Source: the human T2T-CHM13v2.0 reference genome, Homo sapiens. From it: DNA of 64,000 bases. The stretch is from NCBI RefSeq assembly GCF_009914755.1, contig NC_060926.1; one strand, written 5' to 3'. Under the pieces are notes generated by a model. That model was not told where the DNA came from and did not search any database. It saw nothing but the letters and a program-made list of their open reading frames with translations. Shown here in pieces: positions 1 to 19,845 of the stretch (position 1 is the stretch's first letter; each line of letters starts with the position of its first letter). Made by a program: the position numbers and the translations under genes.

Positions 1-335
1 TTGGGAACATTATGCTAAGTGAAAGAAGCTAATCATAAAAGCCCACATATTCTAAAACTCCATTTACAGAAAATATCCAGAATAGGCAAATCTATAGAGA
101 CAAAGTAGACTCCTGGTTGCCCAGGGTTGGAGAGGCGGGGGGAAGTGAGACAAGAAAGTGGGGGAGTTGTTAGAGGCAGAGATAGCTAAAGGATACAGAG
201 TTTTTTTTCTCAATTGATGAAATTGTTCTGAAACTGATGGTGGTGATGGTTGCACAACTCTGTGAATATGCTAACAACAGTCACTGAATTGGACACTTTG
301 AATGGGTGAATTGTATGGTATGTAATTATATATTA
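1..335 (+). mobile_element. Old L1 (L1MB/L1MC-type) 3' UTR fragment
   Basis: Typical L1M 3'-end motifs: AACATTATGCTAAGTGAAAGAAGC, CCAGAATAGGCAAATCTATAGAGACA, GTGAATTGTATGGTATGT. Confidence 0.75.
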
Positions 336-826
336 TAGTAACAGTTATCCCCCAAAAGCTTTCATTCTAAAGCTACATGTCCCCTCCAAATAAAGGTATT
401 AGGTACACAATTTTGCTTCACTAAAATATAACTTTTTTCTTATTGTAATTAAGCATGACAGAAAAATAACATGGGGGAAGAGCCAGTTTTTATAAATCTC
501 CTAATAATGAGAGCAATATGAGCATTATAAATCATATACACACAAACACCAACTCATCAATTTCCAAAGCAACAGATAATACAGTCAATAGTAATAGTTG
601 AATGAACTGTCCACATTTTAAAATTTCATTTAATCTATGGGCTCAATCTTCTGCCCAAGACATTCCTTAATTAGAATACCTAACAAAATGGCAAAATGAA
701 TTGTTCCCATGTTAATTTTTCTCTACCTCTGTTGCTCCTTTTCTGAAAATTCTGTGAAACACCCTGATGAAGGGAGAAAGAGCAAGAAAAGATAAAGAAA
801 TGGTCTCTGCAACAAACAGTCTCTAG

Positions 827-1032
827 CAGTGCTGCCCAGTATTTCTGTGATGATGGAAATACTTTCTCTCTCTGCTGTCTAACAGAGTAAGTAATTGTCA
901 TATGTGGCTACCGGGTACTTGCAATGTGGCTACTATATGACTGAGGAACTAAATTGTATTTAATTTTAATTATGTTAAAATTTAAGTTAAATAGTCACAC
1001 GTAGCTAGTGGCTATCATATTACAAAGTACAG
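827..1032 (+). mobile_element. MER3 (hAT-Charlie) DNA transposon
   Basis: Resembles recalled MER3 consensus: CAGTGCTG...TGATGGAAAT...TGTGGCTA...GACTGAGGAACT...TAGTGGCTA; ~205 bp. Confidence 0.7.
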
Positions 1033-1170
1033 GTCTAGACAAACCACAACTAAATAACAGTCTTCAGACAACTATATGCTTATTTTACTGAGTGACTCGT
1101 GAAAGATTACCAAAGTGAAGTACATATATTTAGATCAGTTAATAGACAAAAGGCAACTTTACAAACTTAC

Positions 1171-1254
1171 CTGGCCATCTTCCACTTGGGCTTTTGGATA
1201 GCTAAGGATTAGTTTTGTTGCTTGTTCCCATTTTGCATGTGTATCTTCCCAAGC
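1171..1254 (-). pseudogene. NF1 pseudo-exon 20 (84 nt)
   Basis: AWEDTHAKWEQATKLILSYPKAQVEDGQ; AG acceptor at 1255-1256, GT donor at 1169-1170. Confidence 0.9.
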
Positions 1255-1488
1255 CTAAAATGAAGACAGTTATCACTTGAAAGCAACTTTAAGTCTAGAG
1301 CTAAACATCAATCAGCAACAGCCAAGCTTGAAACTTGATATATATTAAGTACTCAGATATTGTACTTGCGATATGCACATATCTTGGATTTACTTCAAAA
1401 GCTATTCCTCATCACACATATGTAACAAGAGGCTTCCAAAATTGAGGGTGGGCGCCTGAGAGGGGTGTTTCTGTTGCTAAGGGCACAC

Positions 1489-1561
1489 CTCAGTGTTTCC
1501 TGCAGTGGGATGCTCAGTGCGCCTCAGCAGTGCCATCACTCTTTCTGAAGTGCTGCTGTTC
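1489..1561 (-). pseudogene. NF1 pseudo-exon 19 (73 nt, apparent 1-nt deletion)
   Basis: Encodes ...VMALLRRTEHPTAGNTE; CAGAAAGAGTG versus recalled NF1 CAGAAAAGAGTG. Confidence 0.85.
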
Positions 1562-2068
1562 CTAAGCAACTACAACAGCCAATCAAGTCACTGCACTTAG
1601 AGCCCTGCCTGCCAATGGAGAACCTGATAAGCCCCACCCAAAAGGCAGAGTAGGAGGAGCAGAGCAAATGCCTCAAGTGATAAAGCCAAAAACTTCGTTC
1701 ACTAACCTCACAGGAAAGGTACTTATCTTAGACTCTACAATGTCCACAGCACAAAATAGCCATTCCCACCTATAATTTACTCATGGAGTTATCCATAACT
1801 CCATATGTAAATTACATAGTCATAACTGATAGTAACATATACTGCCAGTTAGTTTTAAAATGTATAGCATATTAAAAACTCAGTGGGAGACTCACAATTT
1901 ATTTCAAATGCTTTTTATTTTCATCCTACTTTGTTCAGAAAAGGATTTCAAGTAAGCTACTTGAATTTCCCCTGTAAACTTACAGAATAGTAACCTTAAA
2001 TACATTCTCACAATCAGATGCCATGTGCTTCAGGCAGGTTGAGTAAAAAAACCACTATTCCCATTTAC

Positions 2069-2315
2069 CTGTTGACATCACATTGCTGACAGGCAAACTC
2101 CATGAATGTGTTAGAGTTGGGCAAGAGGTTATGCACTGACACTTCATCCACCCCACACTGGGTATCTGCTTCCTCACAGAGGTGGCAGAAACAGGACATG
2201 GCAACCAGAACAGCTTCAGTGTCAGGGTTCTGCAGAAACATGTACAGGGCCACTTCTAGACTGGTCTGCGCTTGTCGGCAAGTCGGGGGGCTCCGCTGCA
2301 TCCTGCTGCACTATC
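2069..2315 (-). pseudogene. NF1 pseudo-exon 18 (247 nt, frameshifted)
   Basis: ORF track peptide CRQAQTSLEVALYMFLQNPDTEAVLVAMSCF...VHNLLPNSNTFMEFA matches NF1; 1-nt loss in the C-run and 2-nt loss near the 3' end. Confidence 0.92.
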
Positions 2316-3213
2316 CTGAGAGTCAAGGGTGGTAGACGTATATTTGCAACTTGGGTAGTTTCATGTAAAAAACCCAATGACGCAATAAACTGTGTATGCG
2401 TGTGTGTGTGTGTGTGTGTCCATATATATCTCAGCATACAATAACTCGCAAGAGCTTTCTCCTTTAATCATTATAGGAATTTTTCAAACCCCAAAATATC
2501 TTGTCCAAATGAGAAATGAGATTTTCTGGACCAACATAAAGCTACTATCTGTCCAATTTCAAATCAAATAGGTATGATCCTATTCCAGATTCCAGAAATA
2601 TAAACTGATTCTAACATGGATGGGTAAAACACAATAACATAAATCTACTGCAGTAATGATATAATGTACTTCCCAGTCAATTACAAATGACAAAAACAGA
2701 GGAAGTAACAGGAAATTCTATCTACTTGCTATAGGAAAGTAATAAAATAAGTACACTGCGGCACTCATTGAAACAAGGGCATAAACAAGAACTAAATATT
2801 GCTGTAGAAGATAGACTTGATTCTGAATTACCTATTCCCCAAACATGAAATGGAGAAAATAATTGACAAAATAAATGCAAATTCTACAAGTAAAACAGAC
2901 AATAATAAATAGCATACTGCTTAGATGTTTTTTTCTTTAACAAGGTTATATTAAAAATTAGGGATGAAAAACATTTTGGTTTGGAAAATAAACTCTTCTC
3001 TAATGATCTGATATTTTCACTTGAAATATGATTTATATTTAAAGGAAATAATACACACTAACGCAAATCACAGAAACACTTATCTTTAACATGAAGCAAA
3101 ATACTTTGTTTTTATCCTTTTACATCTGTACCTTTGTTAGCTGGTACAAATTCTATACTTCTATGGTATGAATGGTTTTTCATGAGGTGGAGGTTATCAG
3201 ATACAGCTTTTAA

Positions 3214-3406
<193 letters not shown>

Positions 3407-3419
3407 AGACATTTTTTTA

Positions 3420-3580
3420 TTTAACCCTTACAACAACTCTGGAGCAGGAATTATTATTGTCCCCATTTTAAAACTGAGGAATTGAGGAACAAGGGTGTTA
3501 AGAATTTGCCCAAAGTTCCATAAAGAGCAGTGATAGAACTAGAGTCTAAGCAGTTTTTCACTATTACACTATATTACCTG
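3420..3580 (-). mobile_element. MIR fragment
   Basis: CCCCATTTTAAAACTGAGGAATTGAGG...AATTTGCCCAAAGT resembles the MIR core. Confidence 0.55.
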
Positions 3581-3658
3581 GATGAAATTTACCAAAGTTC
3601 ATTCAGAAAACAAATAGAGCACACGAGATGATACAGGAAAATTACAAAAGAAGCTGAC

Positions 3659-3813
3659 CATAGAGGAGTTCCCTTTTCCCTTCTGGAGAGAGGCTCAGGA
3701 GTATGCAGTGACACTTCAAGACCCACGGACATTTGACTGGTATTTCCACTAGAAGGAGTATCACATCCTACTCCATAAAAAAGGAGAAAGTGACAGGAAT
3801 TTCTATCTGCCTG
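3659..3813 (-). pseudogene. NF1 pseudo-exon 17 (155 nt)
   Basis: QADRNSCHFLLFYGVGCDTPSSGNTSQMS...KGKGNSSM; intact AG/GT; one apparent 1-nt deletion. Confidence 0.88.
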
Positions 3814-5339
3814 CTAGAAAAAAGAAAGAAATAAGCTTTACTGATGCACTGACAACCAAGAGGAATAAACACTTATATGGGTGGTCTTCCTGTTTGAGAC
3901 TCTCCTAGAAAACCTCTCCCCTCAATCTCTATGCCCCATCTTGAAGGAAATTCACTAGAAACCCATTAGAACAAATAATGTTCACTTAATGTCTTTAAAA
4001 TTTCTTTCAGTTTCAATCATTCTCTAAATAATCAGAAACAGTAGATTCTACAAATATAAATTAAGTCTAACATAAACATAAGTAAAACATCAACAATGTA
4101 AATCCACTGTATGAAAACTATAATTTGATCTCAATGACAAAGATTTTTTTTCCACAAGATTTTATCCTGTGCCATGTTGGCATAACTAGAAATTGACTCT
4201 GAGATTAAGTTCTTCTGGACCAGTAATTAACCCTGGTATATACACCAAGTATGTCACAAGAGTGACTGTGCTGACCAGGGCACTACGAATTCATTACTGG
4301 ATTCCTCATACTCATATTCTGGAGATTATACCATAGGCAAGGGCACGAAAGTCTGAAGTCTAATCTCTTTCCATATGTTTGGAATAATGCCAAATTCTGC
4401 TATATTAACACATCAAATAAGCCAGATGTGAATAAATCCACTTCACCATTAGTCTATTTCTAAACAGAGACAATTTATTAATAACAAGCTGTATAATATT
4501 GAAAAGGATATGAGTTTCATACATTTAAGGTTTTTCACAGCTATGCTTCTAGTACCAGATAAAAACTCATTAAATCAAGTATTCCTAAAACTAGGCCATA
4601 ATAGAATTCCTAAATTGTTTAACTATAGAAACTATACGTTAAAAGAAATGTAAGACTCTTTTCTATCCTCCACAACCTCACCATGTTTCAATAGTTCAGA
4701 ATCAAAAAATTTCACTCCACCCCAAGAAGTGTTGTGAAATTTTCAAGATGTGAAACTCTTATTGGAGGAATAGAAATAAACCTAGATTGAGGACCCTCAA
4801 CCTTTTCCCTTTTGCTTCTTGATAGATAATTCTCTGGACTAGTCTAGCCACAACATCTAGGCCTTTACGATTTCTCAGAGCTATGATTCTAGAACTGGAC
4901 AAAAAACTCATTAAATCAAGTACTCCCAAATCTATGCCATAATAGAATTCTTAGATTAATTATAGAAGCTATATGTTAAAATAAATTTTATGTATGAATT
5001 ATATCTATGTGTGAACTTGAGAGTAAAGATAGAATATGCTCCTCAAGCTACTTTGGTTACGGCAGTCACCACTTTTCCTAGGCCTGTCCCATAGACACCT
5101 ATTTACTCAACTAGAACTAGAATTCATCAACAGTGTGGTTTTAAGGCCAAAGTTTCAGAATAATTTTTAAAGTGCTAATTTGCCAGCCCTTGTCCTCTGC
5201 ACATATGTATCCTTTTGAGAACCTTGGGGGGAAGGAGGAGCTGAAATAGAAACTAATTTGGCTATAAAACACTTTCTTAATCTCTCCCCATCACCATTCC
5301 AAATATTCTCCCATTTTTTAAAGATGTCATTTTGCTTAC

Positions 5340-5463
5340 CTTATTTTAAAGAAGAAATTTATTCCTGCAGGTCAAAATTTCCTGCAACCACTTGAGAATT
5401 TCTGTGCTACTAAGCATTTGACGACTAGTTAATTTCTTGCAGATGTAAAAATACATTTGTGAG
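5340..5463 (-). pseudogene. NF1 pseudo-exon 16 (124 nt)
   Basis: SQMYFYICKKLTSRQMLSSTEILKWLQEILTCRNKFLL; AG/GT boundaries. Confidence 0.9.
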
Positions 5464-5842
5464 CTGCAGTAACATAAAGTTCATTGTTACTAGCATCAAT
5501 AATAACCTAATGCAGATATAACCAGACATAAGAATGGCATTCTCCCATAATGAATACAAGTTTGGAGAAGCTTAGTTATGTTAAGCATGTTAGTTGAATG
5601 ACAGGGAAATTAAGAAGAAAGAGAAATGTTAAGAAATGGTAAGGGCAATTAAGAATCTGATCTAATTATATCAGTATTCATTATACATTAGGATTCTTAG
5701 AGACGTCTTAGTTTTCAGTTATGATCAGAAAGGATCAGTAAGTGCTCTTGAGCTAAAAATTACCCTCAAGGTCTTGGTGTTTCAGTCAAACCAAATGAAC
5801 TTAGTGTGGTAATTTTGAGACATTTCATAAAAAAACACTTAC

Positions 5843-5977
5843 ACAAAGCAAGAGCTTTGGATCTGCATGAATTAGTTTCACCATGGACAAGAGAAGATAC
5901 TTACAGCTCCTGGTCTCCAGGTCTGTAGGTTTTTCTTTAAATTTAAGGCTTGTTACTTTTTCTTTAAATGTAAGAGT
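5843..5977 (-). pseudogene. NF1 pseudo-exon 13 (legacy 10b, 135 nt)
   Basis: TLTFKEKVTSLKFKEKPTDLETRSCKYLLLSMVKLIHADPKLLLC; TTTTAG acceptor, GTAAGT donor. Confidence 0.92.
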
Positions 5978-7469
5978 CTAAAAACCAAACAAAAACATGG
6001 TATCAGACATAAGACTCAGGATAATAGCTATCCAACCTTTTAAAAGAAATTTATTATGAAAAAACTTTGAAAAAAGCTATTCTTATACTACCAAATGTGT
6101 GGTATAGGTAGAAACACTCAATAGTAAGCATAAGGTCAGTATTATTAAGCTTAAAAAAATGGAAATTGTTTTTGCATCATTTATATTACTTTTTAATCAA
6201 TCTAATAAAACAATGAAAATCTATTACAATACTAAAAGCTTAATATCAGGTTGTAAAAAACCTCCTGTGTAAAAAACGATTTTCCAAAATGTAAAAATAT
6301 AAGGGAAAAGACATTTGGTCTCTAGTTCTCACAAATCTCCACACTGGGTAACTCATTAACAAACATTCCCCACACACATACACACAAGTATTTCACAGAC
6401 TCTACAGTATTGTCCGTTGTAAGATGCAGCATTATTTGATGTCCCAAAAGGAATGAAAACCCGCTGTCAATTGTAAGACACCATCTAAAATAAGATACAC
6501 TCCCAATTTCAGAGAAGAGTAAAAATAAGTGCTTCTTAGAATTAATGAAATATATTATCTAGGCAATCTCTGTATTTACTAGTTTAATTGTAAAATTTGC
6601 TTTTTCCTTCGATGGCACTCCATCTCTTTCAAGTTACAGAATGCACGCATTTTGCCTGAAGAACATTCATAAAACAGGAAGAATTCTGAGAAAGGTAAAC
6701 TTATGGAAAACATGTTTTCATTACAGAGACATAGGATGAATTAAAATAATCATAGATGTTTTTCAACCAAAAATCCAACAATTATATTCTAGATCTAGTA
6801 TCACCTATTATTATAACATATTTTCCTTTTCTTCTTTAAAAGAACACAAAACTATCTGATTTTGACATGAATGCCTTTATGTAAACATATATATAACATA
6901 GAAATAGTAGACTGTGTACCAACTCTGGACCCATAATACAAATGTCCAAGTAAACAGGCTGCCTTTCAAAGTTAAAAAGCGGACATGCATATCTACAACA
7001 CAAATGAACCGTCTTCAGTGTTTAAGTGAAACATGCATTTGTTATTATACCCAAGAATACTGAAGGGCTGTAGTCCTCAGAAGGGAAGAATAGCTATTTA
7101 AATGCACACGCTTATACTCAAGAATGTCACTACAGAAGAGAAATAGCAAAACTTACTAATAGTTTGCTTTTATATTTATAACTGCCCCTTAACCCCTAGG
7201 CAAATGTTTTACTAAATGATTTAACAAATTCTGGTTTTACTGTTTGGTCTCTTTCAACTGTATTTTTTCCTCACTCTAAGTTGAGGTGTTTCACCTTAGA
7301 TCAAGCTGAAACTTTGGTTAAACAGATGTATTTACTTTGACGTAACTAAGTGTAACTATCAAACGACTCTTCTCTGATGCAGCCATTGCACAGAAACATA
7401 AGATCAGGGAACAAGTAGTAAATGGCAGAATTTTTCCTTATTTAAGAATAATTTCCAAAAAAGTAAATA

Positions 7470-8538
<1,069 letters not shown>

Positions 8539-8539
8539 G

Positions 8540-11666
<3,127 letters not shown>

Positions 11667-11752
11667 AATATTTTTAAATAAAAAATTACAAAGCTGTTTT
11701 TCTTAAAATGTTACAATAAAATTGTATCTGTGTGTAAAATATATCTATTTTA

Positions 11753-11828
11753 TGTGTACGTGTGTGTGTGTGTGTGTGTGAGTGTGTGTGAGAGAGAGAG
11801 AGACAGAGAGAGACAGAGAGAGAGAGAG
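11753..11828. repeat. Compound (TG)n(AG)n microsatellite
   Basis: Direct reading. Confidence 0.95.
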
Positions 11829-12079
11829 TTATGAATTAGGAAGCATATGTACCAAAACATTAGGAGTAGTTGAGTAATGAGATTATGAATGATTTGCACT
11901 TTCTTCTTTATACCTTATCATCATCTCAAAATTTACAATCAGAATTCATTATAAGCTATTGTTTGTTTATTTATTTATTTATATTCGCAGTGGTGTGATC
12001 TCAACTCACTGTAACCTTGGCCTCCCAGGGTCAAGCAATCCTCCCACCTGAGCCTCCGGAGTAGCTGGGACAAATCAAA

Positions 12080-15838
<3,759 letters not shown>

Positions 15839-15839
15839 T

Positions 15840-17060
15840 CTACCCCAAATCTTTGTCTCCCACCATTATTTTCCCACCTTCTTTTCCCGACCGCCTTTGG
15901 CCTCCTCCCCCTCGCCACCCGTTTTCTTCCTCCATCTACCCCAAAACTTTTTCCCCACCATTTTTCCCCACCGTCATTTCGCAAAGCCTTCTCTGCTCTC
16001 TCACTCACCACCCTTTTCCCCATCCACTTACCCACTTTCCCCACTGTTTTTTCCCACCGTCTTTTCCCTTTCTCCCTGGCCACCTTCTTTTCCCCCATCC
16101 CACTCTCATCACCCTCTTTTGCTCCTTCATCTAAGCAAAAACATTTTCTCCCGTCTTTTCCCAAACCCTTCTCCTCATTCCTGCTGCTCACCACTTTTTC
16201 GCCCTTCATCTACCCGAAAACTGTTTTCCTCATCGTCTTTTCCCCCGCTCCTCCTTGCCACCCTCTTTCCCTTCTCTACCCAAAAACATTTCACCATAGT
16301 CTTTTCGCAAAGCCTTCTCCCCACTCCTGCTCACCTCCCCTTTTCCCCCTCCATCCACCCCCCAGAATATTCCCTACTGTCTTTTCACAGTCTTCCCCCC
16401 TTCCCACTCGTCCTCTTCTTTGCCCTATCCTGCTTGCCACTCTCTTTTTTGGCTTCCATCTACCCAAAACTATTTTCCCATTTTTTTCCCAACTCTCTTT
16501 CCCTGCTCCCTCTCGTCACCCTCTTTCCTCCTCCTCGTTACCCTCTTTCCCCCCACCATCTACCCAAAGCTTTTTACCCACGGTCTTTTCTTTCTCCACC
16601 GTCTTTCTTTCCTGCCCACTATCTTTTTGCAAAACCTTGTCTTCCTCCCGCTGGCTACCCTTTTCCCTTCCCCCACCTGTTACCCTCTTTTCCCCCTCTA
16701 TCTACCCAAAACCTTTTCTCCCCACTGTCTTTTCACAAAACCTTCTCTCTCTACTGCTCAACGCTGTTTCTCCCCCCCACCACCCTCTCTTTCCTCCTCC
16801 CTTGCCACCCTCTTTTCCTCCTCCATCTACCCATAAACATTTTACCCACCATCTTTCTGCAAAACCTTCCCTCCCTGCCGCTCCCCACCCCGTTTTTCTC
16901 CCTCCATCTACCCAAAAACTTTTTTTCCCACTATCTTTTCCCCACCGCCTTTTTGCAACGCGCTCTCCTGCTCACTATCCTCTCTTCCCTTTGGCACTAA
17001 CCACCCTCTTTACCCCCTCCATCTATCCCAAAACTCTTTTCCTCCTCTTACCGCTTCCGC
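15840..17060. repeat. Degenerate C/T-rich tandem array (~70-75 bp unit)
   Basis: Recurrent CCACCCTCTTT...CCTCCATCTACCCAAAA...TTTTCCCCACCGTCTTTT motif; almost no G on the + strand. Confidence 0.85.
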
Positions 17061-17109
17061 CGCACTGCCGTCTCGGTCGCGGTTACCACCAGTCGCAGCG
17101 AGGCGAGCC

Positions 17110-17710
17110 ACGGTGTAGCGGCTCCAGCCTCCAGCGTACGGCTGGTGATTACCCATTCCTGGTCCTCTAAGCCGGGCACTGAGCAGCTCCACAGGAAAAT
17201 ACGGGAACGTGGAAGAGCCTGACTTCCCTTCAGCAGCAGGCGTATACCGCGGTTATATACAGGAGGATTCCTGACTGCATGTTCTGATTGGATGAGAAAA
17301 ACCCTCCAGGGTTACTTGGATTGGACTTTATTATCATGTTCTGATTGGATGAGAGCCAGTCTTAAGACAACCAATCACAGCATGAAAATAAAGTCCAATC
17401 AGAGTAGGCCTAGAGGTTTTTCTCTCATCCAATCAGAACATGTAGTCTGGGAACCACATGTGCGTAACCTCAGTACGTAAAGCATGCGGAGGTGGCGTCA
17501 GGTCATTTCAGGCTCTTAAGTGTGGGCGTTTGGTAACCGGCATGGCTGCTACCTGTTTCTGGCTGGAGCCTCGGACACTGGCTCACTGCAGTTGGTGGTG
17601 TCAACAGAGCGGTAGGAGGGCAACTAGTAGCGGGAGCTTCTCCTGCCAGGCAGGAAGACGAGTAGAAGGGAGCGGCACCGACGCATGCTGGAGGCTGGAG
17701 CCTGAGCCCC
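17110..17710. repeat. Large imperfect palindrome, REP522-like
   Basis: Arms pair: 17278 CATGTTCTGATTGGATGAGAAAAACC with ...GGTTTTTCTCTCATCCAATCAGAACATG (ends 17442); 17120 GGCTCCAGCCTCCAGC with GCTGGAGGCTGGAGCC (ends 17702). Family name is from recall. Confidence 0.7.
17278..17442. promoter_or_regulatory. Symmetric cluster of six CCAAT (NF-Y) boxes; candidate bidirectional promoter
   Basis: GATTGG near 17286, 17319, 17343 and CCAATC near 17371, 17395, 17429; CpG-rich flanks. Confidence 0.55.
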
Positions 17711-17789
17711 TGGGGCTCACCTTGCTGTGTTTGGTGGTGACGTGGGACACTGCAGCTCGGCCAGAGTGGTAGAAATGTCCTGGTGTAGG

Positions 17790-18430
17790 TCAGTTATCCC
17801 GGGATGTACTGCCCGCCTGTGGGGGCAGGGGTTGGGTGTCCTATTGGGGCTCACTGCCCGAGGCTGCACTGCCTGTGTCAGGGGGCTGGTTGGGGGCACT
17901 CTCCGAGGTTGCATTGCTGGCGGTGGAGGGGGGTGGTTTTGGCTGGCTGTCCGGGGCTACACTGCCCGTGGTGGCGGGGGTGGTGGGGGGGAGGCAGGTT
18001 GTGTGCACTAACGTGTACTGCCGGTGGCGGGGGAGGGGTTAGGGGCACTATTTTCTGCTGCACTGCCCGGGGCAGGGAGTGGTTTGGGTGGTTATTTGGA
18101 GCTACAATGCTGGCAGCAGGGGGTGGTTTAGGAGTGTTGTTGGGTGCTGCACTGCCCTTACTCAGGGTGCGCTATCAGGAGCTGCGCTACCTGTGGTGGG
18201 GTGGGGGCGGCGATTTTGAGGCATTGTCTTGTGCAGCAACACCTGTGGCTGGGTCAGGTTGTGGGCACTATCGGGTGCTACACTGCCTGTGGAAGGGGTG
18301 GTTGGGGGGGGGTATTGGGGTTACACTGCCTGCAACTGGCACAGGGTGTGTTGGGTGTGCTGTCCGGGGGCTACACTGCCGGCGGCAGGGGTCAGGTTAG
18401 GGTTGCTATGGGGGCTATACTGCCAGTGGT
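17790..18430. repeat. Degenerate G-rich tandem array (~35-40 bp unit)
   Basis: Repeated GGGGCT(G/A)CACTGCC(C/T)G...GGGG units. Confidence 0.8.
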
Positions 18431-19471
18431 GTTGGTCGGCTGCAGAGGTGGTGGGGACAGCAACAGCCATGGTCTCCTTGCTCCTTCGGGTAACTCTTCT
18501 CTTTTCCAGACTCCAGAGTTCCTGCTCGTGCAATCTTGAGCAGGGCAGGGCCCCCACACCCACTGCGGTTCTCCGGCCTGCACCTCCCGCCCACACCCCA
18601 TGCTCTGTGTTGGGGAGACCACCTGGGACTACCGGGTGGGGATTAGTGGGCATCGCGGGGGACTGTGGGAACAGGGCACTGTGGGTGGAGGTGTCAGGAA
18701 CGGGAACCAGCAGTTGAGTGGGGAGGGCTGGCTGGGTCTGAGTTTCTCCTACTCCTGCTCCCCAAGGAGTGCAGCCCTGGTGGGCCCAGCAATTTCTGGC
18801 CAGTTGCACCTGGATGGGGGTGGTTTCAGCATAGGCACTCACACCCGCCCCAGTTCCTGGCCACCTTTTGCCAGAAAGAGAGGCTGGACTTCGGTGGGTG
18901 GGTGTGAGTGCCTTAGCTGAAGCTGGTCCCTGCCACCCAGTGGCCAGCATGACAAGGTGAGGCTCTAACGTTACCACTCCCTGCATCCCATTCTAGGCTT
19001 TTCTGGCTTTGCCGGTCTAGCTGCTCCAAGCCAGGCTGGAGGAGGAGGAGAAGGAATCACCTGTGGTACGCTGGAGCCTGCATGTGGCGTGACTCTGCAG
19101 CTCGCCTCGTGTGACTGATGGCAGCCACGGAGACTGCAGCTCGACAGGAGTGGTAGGAGGGTGCCCGCGGGGGCAAGGTGGTAGGAACCTTGTAGGGTGG
19201 GCTGCTGCATTGACGGCGACAGCAACTGTATTGGCATTGGTGCTAGTGGTGGTAGTGGCAGAAAGTCTGGGGACTGGGAAGGGGGAGTAGGAGCACTGCA
19301 GGGCCCAGTCCGACCTGGGGTGGGGAGGAACCTGCTGGTGCTGTACCATGGGCCTCGGTGGCAGTGGTGGAGGTGCACTTAGGGAAAGGAGTCCTCCCCC
19401 TTCTCTTGCAATCTCTGGAGGGTGGCCTCCTTCTGAGCCAGGCATGAGTGGCAGCATTGTCTCATTCTTAA

Positions 19472-19845
<374 letters not shown>

